Origin: an uncultured Holophaga sp.
Lineage (GTDB): Bacteria > Acidobacteriota > Holophagae > Holophagales > Holophagaceae
Assembly: GCA_963664825.1 (NCBI GenBank)
Contig: OY761614.1
Coordinates: 960,001 to 1,024,000 of the forward strand
DNA: 64,000 bases
Reading direction: 5' to 3'
Shown: positions 12,355 to 20,347 of the stretch, piece by piece
Layout of the letters: every line of letters starts with the position of its first letter
Numbering within the stretch: the stretch's first letter is position 1
Program-made: the position numbers and the translations under genes
Notes under the pieces: generated by a model
Database searches by the model: none
What the model saw: the letters and a program-made list of their open reading frames with translations, nothing else
Told to the model about the DNA's origin: nothing

Positions 12355-14237
12355 GGTGCGACCTCGGAGCTCTGCGCCTTCTTGGGATCCAGCTTGAAGG
12401 CATCGGGCAGCTTGCCCCCGGGCGGGGGCAGCGGGTTCTTGAAGCGCTGGAGGAACCAGTACTCGCAGAGTTTCTTGGCGATGGGCGCGGCGCTGGAAGC
12501 TCCGAATCCGGCGTTCTCGGCCACGATGGCGAAGGCGATCTGGGGGTTCTCCCGGGGCGCATAGCCCGCGAAGAGGGCGTTGTCCTTCAGATGCTTGGCC
12601 AGCTGCGCGTAGTGGGCCTTGTCCACGAAGGTGGTCACCTGACTGGTGCCCGTCTTTCCCACCATTGAAAGGCCGGGGATCTTGCTGGCGGAGGCCGTGC
12701 CGATCTCCACCACCTGGGCCAGGCCCTCGTCCAGCACGGCCCAACTGCTGGGATCCAGGCCTGTCTCCCGGGGCGTGGGGGGCCGGAAGGGATCCATCTT
12801 CCCGGTCTGTTCGTTGCGGAAGCCATAGAGCAGATGGGGCGTGAGGAGCTTGCCCCGGGTGGCCAGCATCCCGTAGAAGCGGGCCAGAGCGATGGGCGTG
12901 AGGGCGTTCTGCCCCTGGCCGATGGCCACGCTGATGGTCTCGCCTCCGTACCACTTGGGTTCCTTGGGGCGATACTTCTTCGCCCAGGCCCGGCTGGGCA
13001 CGCGGCTGGTGGCCTCGTGGGGCAGATCGATGCCCGTCTTCTCCAGGAGCCCGTACTTCACCGCCGCGGCATTTATATCGTCCACATCGAGACGCATGCC
13101 CAGCTCGTAGAAATAGACATCGCAGCTATGGGCGATGGCCTGGATGAGATTGACGGAACCGTGCACGGCGTCGCATCGGTAATCCCGGTTGTAGAAGACC
13201 TTGTGGCCCGCGCAATGGAAGGCCGTCTCGGGGGTGATGATCCCCTTGTCCAGGGCGGCCAGCGCCACCAGCAGCTTGAAGGTGGAGCCCGGAGGATAGA
13301 GACCCTGGACGACCCGGTTGAGCATGGGCTTCACGGGGTTGCGCATGAAGTAGTCCACCTGCTCCTGGCTGAGGCGGTTCAGGAAGACATTGGGATCGAT
13401 GGAGGGCGCCGAATAGAGGGCCAGGATGCCGCCATCCCGCAGATCGATGACCACCCCCGCGCCATTTTCCGTGCCGAAGGCCTCCTTCATCACCTGCTGC
13501 AAACCCGCGTCCAGGGTGAGGAAGACGCTGCGCCCGGGGACGGGTTCCTGCACGCCATAGAGCGCCATCTCGCGCCCCAGATGATCCACCAGGATGCGCC
13601 GCATCCCGTCTACCCCCCGGATATCGTCGTTGTGGGTGGCCTCGAAACCGCTGCGGCCGATGATCTCCCCCAGGTGATAGCGTTCCGGATTCTTGGCCAG
13701 GAGCTTGTCGTCGACCTCCCCCACGTAGCCCAGGGCATGGCCCGCCAGATCCTCGCCGAGATAGGAGCGCCGGGGAGCTGCCTGGATGCTGAGGAAGGGG
13801 AAGCGGGCCCGCAGCAGTTCCGCCTGGGCCAGACCGGCGTCATCCAGATTGTCCTGGAGCACCACCATGCGGTTGCCCCCCACCTGGCGACTGAGAGCGA
13901 TGCGCCGCTTCAGGTCATTGGGATCCCGCTGGATCAGCTGGGCCAGGGCCTCCACCTGGCTGAGATCCTTGGGCAGTTCCTCGGCCTGGATCACCAGATG
14001 CAGGGCCCTCCGGTTATCCACCAGCTTATGGCCATTGCGATCGAAGATGATGCCCCGGGGGGCGGGCGTCGTGCGGTTCTTCACGGCCTGGCGCAGGGCC
14101 AGATCCTGCATCTCCCGGCGCTTGATCAGCTGGACCCACCCATAGGCCAGCATCAATCCGATGATGCCCACCCACACGAGGGCCTTGAGCACCTCGATGC
14201 GCTTCTGGACATGGCTGCGGATCCGCCCCTCCAACAC
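12351..14237 (-). CDS. mrdA: Penicillin-binding protein 2
   Basis: APRGIIFDRNG, PPGSTFK (SxxK), SCD and GKTGTSQ motifs. Located in the mre operon. Confidence 0.95.
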
Positions 14238-14240
14238 GGC

Positions 14241-14723
14241 CTACCTCCGGTGGATGGGCTGGTGGAGCTTGAAGGCCACCGTGCCCCAGAGGGGGACTGC
14301 GAGAAGCGTCCAGAGCCAGCCCCATCCCCAGGGATGGGGACCGCAGGCGATGCGCACCGCGAAATGGATCAGCAGGGATTGGAACAGCGCAAGAGCGGCC
14401 AGCCGAGTCCAGAAGGCCTTGCGATGGCTGGGAGGCCACTGGGTCAGGGCCCAGCCCGCGATGAGAGCCACAATCAGATTGGCCAGGGCCGTGCCGCCCA
14501 GGTGCGGGTAGGCGCGCATGGCGCCCTCCAGCACCCAGCCCGCCGCCGCCGCCCAGCAGGCGCCCACCAGGGGGGAACGGAATTCCGGCGCCAGCCCCAG
14601 GACGAGGAAGGCGTTGAGCACGGCCTGGAGGGCCGGCCAGGGGGCCGTGTGATAGATACCGCCGAGGACGAGCAAGACGAAGATCAGGCGCCGCACGGTG
14701 ATGGAGACGGTGGAGGTGCTCAC
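14241..14723 (-). CDS. mreD: Rod shape-determining protein MreD (putative)
   Basis: 160 aa polytopic membrane protein between mreC and mrdA. Confidence 0.7.
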   Translation of the reverse strand: MSTSTVSITVRRLIFVLLVLGGIYHTAPWPALQAVLNAFLVLGLAPEFRSPLVGACWAAAAGWVLEGAMRAYPHLGGTALANLIVALIAGWALTQWPPSHRKAFWTRLAALALFQSLLIHFAVRIACGPHPWGWGWLWTLLAVPLWGTVAFKLHQPIHRR

Positions 14724-15595
14724 TTGTCACCCCCCTTGGGGAGTTCGGCCCCGGGTTCCGAGGGGGGCTGGACCTGCATGGGGGGCTTGGGCGGCAGGAG
14801 CAGAACCAGATGGACCCGGTCCAGGGGGGCCGCCAGGGCCACCTCCACGCCCAGTTCCGCGTCCCGGGGCTTGGCGGAGGTCACGTACCCCACCAGGAGG
14901 CCCCGGGGAAAGACCCGGTCCAGCCCCGAGGTGTAGACGGGCTCCCCCACCTGGGCCACTTCCTGGCTGCTGATATAGCGGATCTCGGCCCGGCCAGGGC
15001 CCACGCCCTGGAGCACGCCAGTGGCCCGGCTCCGAGCCAGCATCACGGCGGTGGAAGCGTTGTAGGAATCCAGGGGCAGCACGCTGGCCTGCCCGTGGAC
15101 CACCGACCAGATGCGGCCGACGACCCCTTCGGGGCAGATGACGCCCTGGTCCGGCAGGAGGCCCGCGTCCTCCCCCTGATCGAGCACCATGCCCCCGAAG
15201 GGCGCCCGGCGAAGATTGGCGATGATCCGCGCCCCCCGGGTCTCCAGGGGCAGGAGCTGCTTGAGGCCCATCAGCCGGAGGGCCTCGTCGGCTTCCATGC
15301 GCCGGGAGGCATCCTGGATGGCGGCCATCTGCAGATATTCCACCCGCTGGCGCAGCATCTGGATCTCCCACAGGGCCTTCCGGTGATCGCCAGTCCTCTG
15401 GCTCCGAGCGAATCGCCAGGCCTCGAAACGGGCGCTCAGCACCTGGGAAGGCCGGGACAGGACTCCCAGCAGGTTCTGCCAGCGGGTGGCCGGGCCCCGT
15501 CCCAGACAGACCCACAGCACATGGCCCACCACAAGCACCAGGATGCCCCAGCGGCGGCGACCGGAAGGGTTCCAGCCCCAGGGGCGCTCACGCAT
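14720..15595 (-). CDS. mreC: Rod shape-determining protein MreC
   Basis: TM helix plus coiled coil, GVVGRI and VYTSGLDRVFPRGLLVG. Confidence 0.92.
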   Translation of the reverse strand: MRERPWGWNPSGRRRWGILVLVVGHVLWVCLGRGPATRWQNLLGVLSRPSQVLSARFEAWRFARSQRTGDHRKALWEIQMLRQRVEYLQMAAIQDASRRMEADEALRLMGLKQLLPLETRGARIIANLRRAPFGGMVLDQGEDAGLLPDQGVICPEGVVGRIWSVVHGQASVLPLDSYNASTAVMLARSRATGVLQGVGPGRAEIRYISSQEVAQVGEPVYTSGLDRVFPRGLLVGYVTSAKPRDAELGVEVALAAPLDRVHLVLLLPPKPPMQVQPPSEPGAELPKGGDK

Positions 15596-15634
15596 GGATG
15601 GCCCCCCCGCCTTCCCAGACGACAGGAATAGACT

Positions 15635-15727
15635 CGCCACCGAGGCACGAAGAAAAGAGCACCGGGAGAACACGGAGAAATAGGTGTGTCCTGGTCATTC
15701 CTCCATGCACTCCGTGTCTCCGTGGTG
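15635..15727. repeat. REP-like imperfect inverted repeat, copy 1
   Basis: Left arm CGCCACCGAGGCACGAAG...CACGGAG, right arm CTCCGTGTCTCCGTGGTG. A similar element lies at 49671-49773. Confidence 0.6.
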
Positions 15728-15745
15728 GTGGGTCGGACTAAAGCC

Positions 15746-16801
15746 CTAGTCGAGAATCTGGATGCGCCGCAGGAACGGGATATCGTCCAGCAGCTTGGCC
15801 GTGCCGCGCACGACGGCGGTCTCGGGGTTCTCGGCGCGGTAGCAGGGGAGGTGCGTCTCCTTGGAGAGACGGATATCCAGTCCCTGGATCTTGGAGCCGC
15901 CGCCCGTGAGGCAGATGCCGCGGTCGATGAGGTCGGCCGCCAGCTGGGGAGGCGTCTCGTTGAGGGCCTTGCGCACCAGATCGATGATGGCGCTGATGGG
16001 CTCCGAGAGGGATTCGCGGATCTCCGTATCGTTGAGCACCAGGGTCTTGGGCAGGCCCTCGAACTGATCCCGGCCGGAGATGTTCATGGTGCGCGGCTTG
16101 TCGGAAGGATAGGCCGAGCCCAGGTTCCACTTCACCTCTTCGGCGGCGGATTCGGAGATGAGGACGTTGTACTTTTCCCGGATGTACTTGATGATCGCCT
16201 CGTCCATCTCATCGCCTGCGATGAGGATGGAATCGGCGAAGACCTTGCCGTTGTAGGAGATCACCGCCACATCCGTGGTGCCGCCCCCCACGTCCACGAT
16301 CATGCAGCCGCGCTTCTCGTTGATGGCCAGCCCGGCGCCGATGGCGGCCACCATGGCCTGATCCACCAGGAAGACCTCCCCGGCCTTGGCGTCATAGCAG
16401 ACCTGCTTCACGGCCCGGCGGGCCACCTGGTGGGCCCGGGGCGGAACGCTCACCACGATGCGCGTGCGGGCGATGCCGCGGTTAGGGCGGGCCTTCTTGA
16501 TGAAGGCCGCCAGCATCTTCTCGGCGGCATCCACCTCATAGATCATGCCGTCCTTCATGGGGCGGATGGTCTGGACGCCCTGGGGAGCCCGGCCCAACAG
16601 CTGCTTGGCCTCGTCGCCCACGGCTTCCACCTCGTGGGTCTGGGTGTTCAGGGCGACGATGGAAGGTTCGTAAATCACGATGCGCCCAGCCTGTTTGGTA
16701 TAGACCAGCACGGAGGCCGTGCCCAGATCGATAGCCAGATCAGTGGTGAAGAGGTTGGACCAGAAATGGGATGAAAAGGGATGCGACAAGGCAGGCTCCA
16801 A
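15746..16801 (-). CDS. mreB: Rod shape-determining protein MreB
   Basis: IDLGTA, IRPMKDG, DVGGGTTD, AGDEMD and LTGGGS motifs. First gene of the mre operon. The start codon is uncertain. Confidence 0.95.
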   Translation of the reverse strand: MEPALSHPFSSHFWSNLFTTDLAIDLGTASVLVYTKQAGRIVIYEPSIVALNTQTHEVEAVGDEAKQLLGRAPQGVQTIRPMKDGMIYEVDAAEKMLAAFIKKARPNRGIARTRIVVSVPPRAHQVARRAVKQVCYDAKAGEVFLVDQAMVAAIGAGLAINEKRGCMIVDVGGGTTDVAVISYNGKVFADSILIAGDEMDEAIIKYIREKYNVLISESAAEEVKWNLGSAYPSDKPRTMNISGRDQFEGLPKTLVLNDTEIRESLSEPISAIIDLVRKALNETPPQLAADLIDRGICLTGGGSKIQGLDIRLSKETHLPCYRAENPETAVVRGTAKLLDDIPFLRRIQILD

Positions 16802-16844
16802 AGGAACCTCCTAGTTTTCCACGAATTCGATCCCTTGGACAGGC

Positions 16845-16867
16845 TTCACGGCGCTGCGCGCCGTGAA
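16845..16867. terminator. Hairpin, putative terminator after the glutaredoxin locus
   Basis: TTCACGGCGC-TGC-GCGCCGTGAA, a perfect 10-bp stem. Confidence 0.5.
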
Positions 16868-16868
16868 A

Positions 16869-16959
16869 GGGGCTCAGGCCCTCCCGGCCTCCACCAATTC
16901 CCGAACGAATAGCTCCGCATCGAAGCGGCCGGGCCGTTCGGGATGGAAGTCCCGGACCC
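16869..16959 (-). repeat. 91-bp duplicate of the glutaredoxin 3' end (other copy 17102-17192)
   Basis: 90 of 91 nt identical by eye (mismatch at 16950 vs 17183). Confidence 0.9.
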
Positions 16960-17106
16960 GCGAACCGGATGTGGGTCGCGAGTGGACAGCCCAGTGGGCT
17001 GTCCCGAGCGGGGCACCCACACCGGTGAGCATCAAAGCCGGATGTGGGCCGCGAGCCATCCCAGGCTCGTCCCCATCGACGCAGGCATCAGGCGCGTGTC
17101 CGGGGC

Positions 17107-17403
17107 TCAGGCCCTCCCGGCCTCCACCAATTCCCGAACGAATAGCTCCGCATCGAAGCGGCCGGGCCGTTCGGGATGGAAGCCCCGGACCCAGCGCCTC
17201 CCGTCCACGAGAATGAACGGGATCGAACGCTTGCCCGTTTCCCGTTCCAGCCTCTCGGCGGCCCCCTCCACCTCTTCGATATCCACCACGGTGTGGGCCA
17301 GGGCATTCTCCCCGAGCCAACGATCCAGGCGACGGCAATCCCCGCACCAGGTCGCCGAATAGACCTGGAGATCGAGTCCTTGGAGAAGGCTGAGATCAGG
17401 CAT
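17107..17403 (-). CDS. Glutaredoxin/NrdH-like protein
   Basis: VYSATWCGDC (CxxC) and GKRSIPFI (cis-Pro). ATG 17403 after GGAGG. Confidence 0.85.
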   Translation of the reverse strand: MPDLSLLQGLDLQVYSATWCGDCRRLDRWLGENALAHTVVDIEEVEGAAERLERETGKRSIPFILVDGRRWVRGFHPERPGRFDAELFVRELVEAGRA

Positions 17404-17532
17404 GTTCCCTCCGATGAGACAGCTTAACCCGGGGTCATCCTGCCCCCTCGACGAAGGCAGCCCCCTCTTTCTATGGCAGGATAGGATGCACAGCCCAGTC
17501 ATGCTGGGACAACAGGATTAGAGGAGAACGAT

Positions 17533-18132
17533 ATGAAGCTGCGCCACGCGCACGGGATTGCCATCGCAGGACTGGCCCTGGTGGCAAGCCTTGGCTGCCA
17601 CAGGTTTTCCAGGGATAACAGCAAGGTCATCGCCAATGTCGCAGGCGAAAAGATCACGGAAAAGGCCTTCGCCGAGACCATCAAGGCCATGGTGCCCGAC
17701 GAAGCCAAGGCCAAGGAGATCCTCACCAGCGAGACCCTGCGCGATAAGCGCAACGAGTTCCTGGGCCAGGTGGCCAAGGCCAAGGCCCTGATCCTGCTGG
17801 GCAAGGCCCAGGGCCTGGACAAGGACCCCGCCGTCAAGCTCCGCATGGAACAGATGACGGCCCAGGCCTACGTGCAAACCCTCATGGAGCGCCGCCTGGC
17901 CAAGGCCCAGCCCACGGATGCCGAGCTCAAGGCCACCTACGACGAACTGGTCGCCGAGCGGAAGGCCCAGGGCCAGGACCAGGCTGTCCCGCCCTTCGAG
18001 CAGGTCAAGGCCCAGATGCCCGCCCTCTGGAAGCAGCGGCAGGAGACCAAGGTCTTCGAGCAGCTCATGAAGGAAGCCACCCAGAAATACCAGATCACCT
18101 ACGCCGACGCCTACAAACCCGCGCAGCAGTAA
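17533..18132 (+). CDS. Lipoprotein, PrsA/SurA N-terminal-like chaperone without an evident parvulin domain
   Basis: Lipobox SLGC, VIANVAGEKIT, GLDKDP and PPFEQVK. Confidence 0.65.
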   Translation: MKLRHAHGIAIAGLALVASLGCHRFSRDNSKVIANVAGEKITEKAFAETIKAMVPDEAKAKEILTSETLRDKRNEFLGQVAKAKALILLGKAQGLDKDPAVKLRMEQMTAQAYVQTLMERRLAKAQPTDAELKATYDELVAERKAQGQDQAVPPFEQVKAQMPALWKQRQETKVFEQLMKEATQKYQITYADAYKPAQQ

Positions 18133-18153
18133 GGCCCAATTTGCTTTATGGGA

Positions 18154-18175
18154 AAGGGGGCGCTGGCGCCCCCTT
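18154..18175. terminator. Rho-independent terminator between convergent genes
   Basis: AAGGGGGCG-CTGG-CGCCCCCTT followed by CTTAT. Confidence 0.65.
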
Positions 18176-18210
18176 CTTATGTCCCGACGGGACCAGCCGT
18201 CGCATCTTCG

Positions 18211-18740
18211 TCATGCCTTCCGCCCCCGCTTCTGCTTGACCTGGGTCTCCAGGGCTTCCAGCTCCGCGAGATCCTGGCGATCGGCTTCCTGGGCATCGAG
18301 CTGTTTGCGGCGGGCGTCGAAAGCCTCGAAGCGGGTATGGATTTGCTCGGACATGGCTTCGTGGCTGATGCTGCCCTTACCCTTCAAGAGTGGCAGTTCC
18401 TGGAAGGCGATGAGGCTGTCCTGCTTGCGCACGATGCGGCCCTGCCAGGTGGTGAGGGCCATGTGGGGTTGGGTGGGATCGGCCCGCTCCAGGACGAGTT
18501 CGGCCGCCGTGCGCTCGGTGGCGGCAAAGTTGTTAAGTAGTCCTTAACAACTGAACCAGCGTTCAACTCCTTTTCCTGCAATATCTTAGAGATGTGCATG
18601 CTGGTATTAGGCACCGAGGTGGCAAAAAACTCAGTGAGCTGGGCCTGGTTCATCCAGACGGATCCATCCCGGGCCATCAGGGACAAGGCGGCCTTGCCGT
18701 CATCGGTGCGGTAGAGGATGACTTGGGTATCGTCGGCCAT
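18211..18740 (-). pseudogene. rhuM: RhuM-family (virulence RhuM) pseudogene with internal deletions and a frameshift
   Basis: One frame has the N-terminal ILYRTDDG...VWMNQAQL...HISKILQEKEL. Another frame has TAAELVLERAD..PHMALTTWQG..VRKQD joined directly to PLLKGKGSISH. Confidence 0.7.
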
Positions 18741-18919
18741 TAAAGCAACTTTCAAAGGCTAAGGGAGGGATGCCGTTACCGATGGGAGTCCACCTGGAAC
18801 CCGGCCTTCAAGTCTAGTTCATTCCCGTCCCCACCCTTCACCGCCCATCACGAAAGAAGCCCAGGCGGGCCCAGGCTTCTCTTGACCATAGAATCATTGG
18901 GCGCTCGCGCCCCCCGATT

Positions 18920-20347
18920 CTATTTCCAGTGCTTCTCCACGAAGGCGTCCACTTCGGGCAGGCCGCCCTGAAGGATCAGGTAGCCGTTGTGGGGCTCCCG
19001 GGTCTCGATCTCGTGGTTGATGGCGGTGGTCATCATCTGGCGGATCGTCGCAGGGTCATCGGTCTGCCCCAGCACCCAGGCCAGCTTCATGTAGGCGGTC
19101 TCAGGCAGCATGTTATCCATGGGGATGATGCCCAGATCCAGCAGATCCCGCCCCGTGTCGTAGACGTACATCTGGGCGAAGCCCCAGAGGGTCTGCACGC
19201 ACATCACCACGGTCATGCCCTTCTCGATGGCCCGGCGGATGGCCGGATAGAGGGGCTTGTTCACGTGCCCCAGTCCCGTGCCGGCCATGACGAGGCCGCG
19301 GTAGCCCATGGAGGAAAGCCCATCGATGATGTCGGGATTGAAGTTGGGGTAGTAGTACTGGATCGTCACCTTCTCTTCGAAGCTGGGGTTGATGATGGGC
19401 TTGCGCGTCTTGTCCCGGCGGAGGATCTCCTCGGAGATGTAGGTAAAATGGCTGCCGTTGGCGTTGGGGTAGCGGCTCACGGTGGCCAGGGGGGTGGCGC
19501 CGATGGTGCGGAAGGTGCTGCGGTAGGAGGAGTGCATCTTCCGACAGCGGGTGCCCCTGTGCAGCAGATCGTAGTTGTCCGAGGTCGGCCCGAACATGCA
19601 GAGCATGACTTCGGCGATATCGCATTCGGCGGCCGTGCGCACGGCGTCCATGAGGTTCAGGGCCGCATCCGACGAGGGCCGGTCCGAGCTGCGCTGGCTC
19701 CCCACGATGACGATGGGCACGGGGCTCTGCTGGACCATGAAGCTGAGGATGGCGCCCGTGTGGCTCATGGTGTCGGTGCCATGGCCCACGACGATGCCGT
19801 CGACGCCCTTCTCGATCTCCTTGCCGATGGCGATGGCCAGGGCCTTGTACTGCTCGGGGCCCATATTCTCGCTGAAGACGCCGAAGAGCTTTTGCGTATC
19901 CAGATTGGCGATATCGGCCAGTTCGGGCACGGCGCCATAGAGCTCCCCCGGCGTGAAGGCGGGGATGACAGCGCCTGTCCGATAATCGAGGCGCGAGGCG
20001 ATGGTGCCCCCCGTGCCCAACAGCGTGACGTTCTTCTTCTTGGGGTCGTAGGGGAAAGCCTTCTCGGGAATCTTGTAGACGGCCTTCTTGTAGCCCTTCT
20101 CCTGGACAGAGACGATGCGGTCGGCGTGGATGCCCACGTTGTAGCCGTTGAAGAGCTTGATGACCACATGCTGATCGTCGGCGGTCTCGCTTCGGGGAAG
20201 GATCACGCCGATGAAGCTCGAGCCCTTGTCATTGAGGATCTCGACCTCGCTCCACACGCCGATTCCAAACTTCTCCAGCGTCTCCTTGGCCAGGCCTCGA
20301 TAGCCCTGGAAGGGGTTGGTGCGCTCTGCGAAAGGTGTCGTTGTCAT
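18920..20347 (-). CDS. gatD: Glu-tRNA(Gln) amidotransferase subunit D (archaeal type)
   Basis: N-terminal GatD domain (GYRG...HVVIKLFNGYNVGI). Asparaginase motifs GTGGTIASR and HGTDT. GatD-type GSQRSSDRPSSDA and RKMHSSYR. Confidence 0.92.
   Translation of the reverse strand: MTTTPFAERTNPFQGYRGLAKETLEKFGIGVWSEVEILNDKGSSFIGVILPRSETADDQHVVIKLFNGYNVGIHADRIVSVQEKGYKKAVYKIPEKAFPYDPKKKNVTLLGTGGTIASRLDYRTGAVIPAFTPGELYGAVPELADIANLDTQKLFGVFSENMGPEQYKALAIAIGKEIEKGVDGIVVGHGTDTMSHTGAILSFMVQQSPVPIVIVGSQRSSDRPSSDAALNLMDAVRTAAECDIAEVMLCMFGPTSDNYDLLHRGTRCRKMHSSYRSTFRTIGATPLATVSRYPNANGSHFTYISEEILRRDKTRKPIINPSFEEKVTIQYYYPNFNPDIIDGLSSMGYRGLVMAGTGLGHVNKPLYPAIRRAIEKGMTVVMCVQTLWGFAQMYVYDTGRDLLDLGIIPMDNMLPETAYMKLAWVLGQTDDPATIRQMMTTAINHEIETREPHNGYLILQGGLPEVDAFVEKHWK

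Noticed and set aside
12834..14936. Long antisense or alternate-frame ORFs (this one; also 53695-56043, 44561-46735, 38000-39691, 9572-11326 and others)
   Set aside because: These are shadow ORFs expected from high GC3 opposite well-supported genes, and they show no recognisable motifs.
16869..17192. DGR or CRISPR reading of the 91-bp direct repeat
   Set aside because: There are only two copies, the repeat is coding sequence with a single mismatch, and no RT or cas genes are present.
18920..20347. Ordinary type I L-asparaginase (ansA)
   Set aside because: The extra N-terminal domain, the GSQRSSDRPSSD motif and coupling to gatE indicate GatD.
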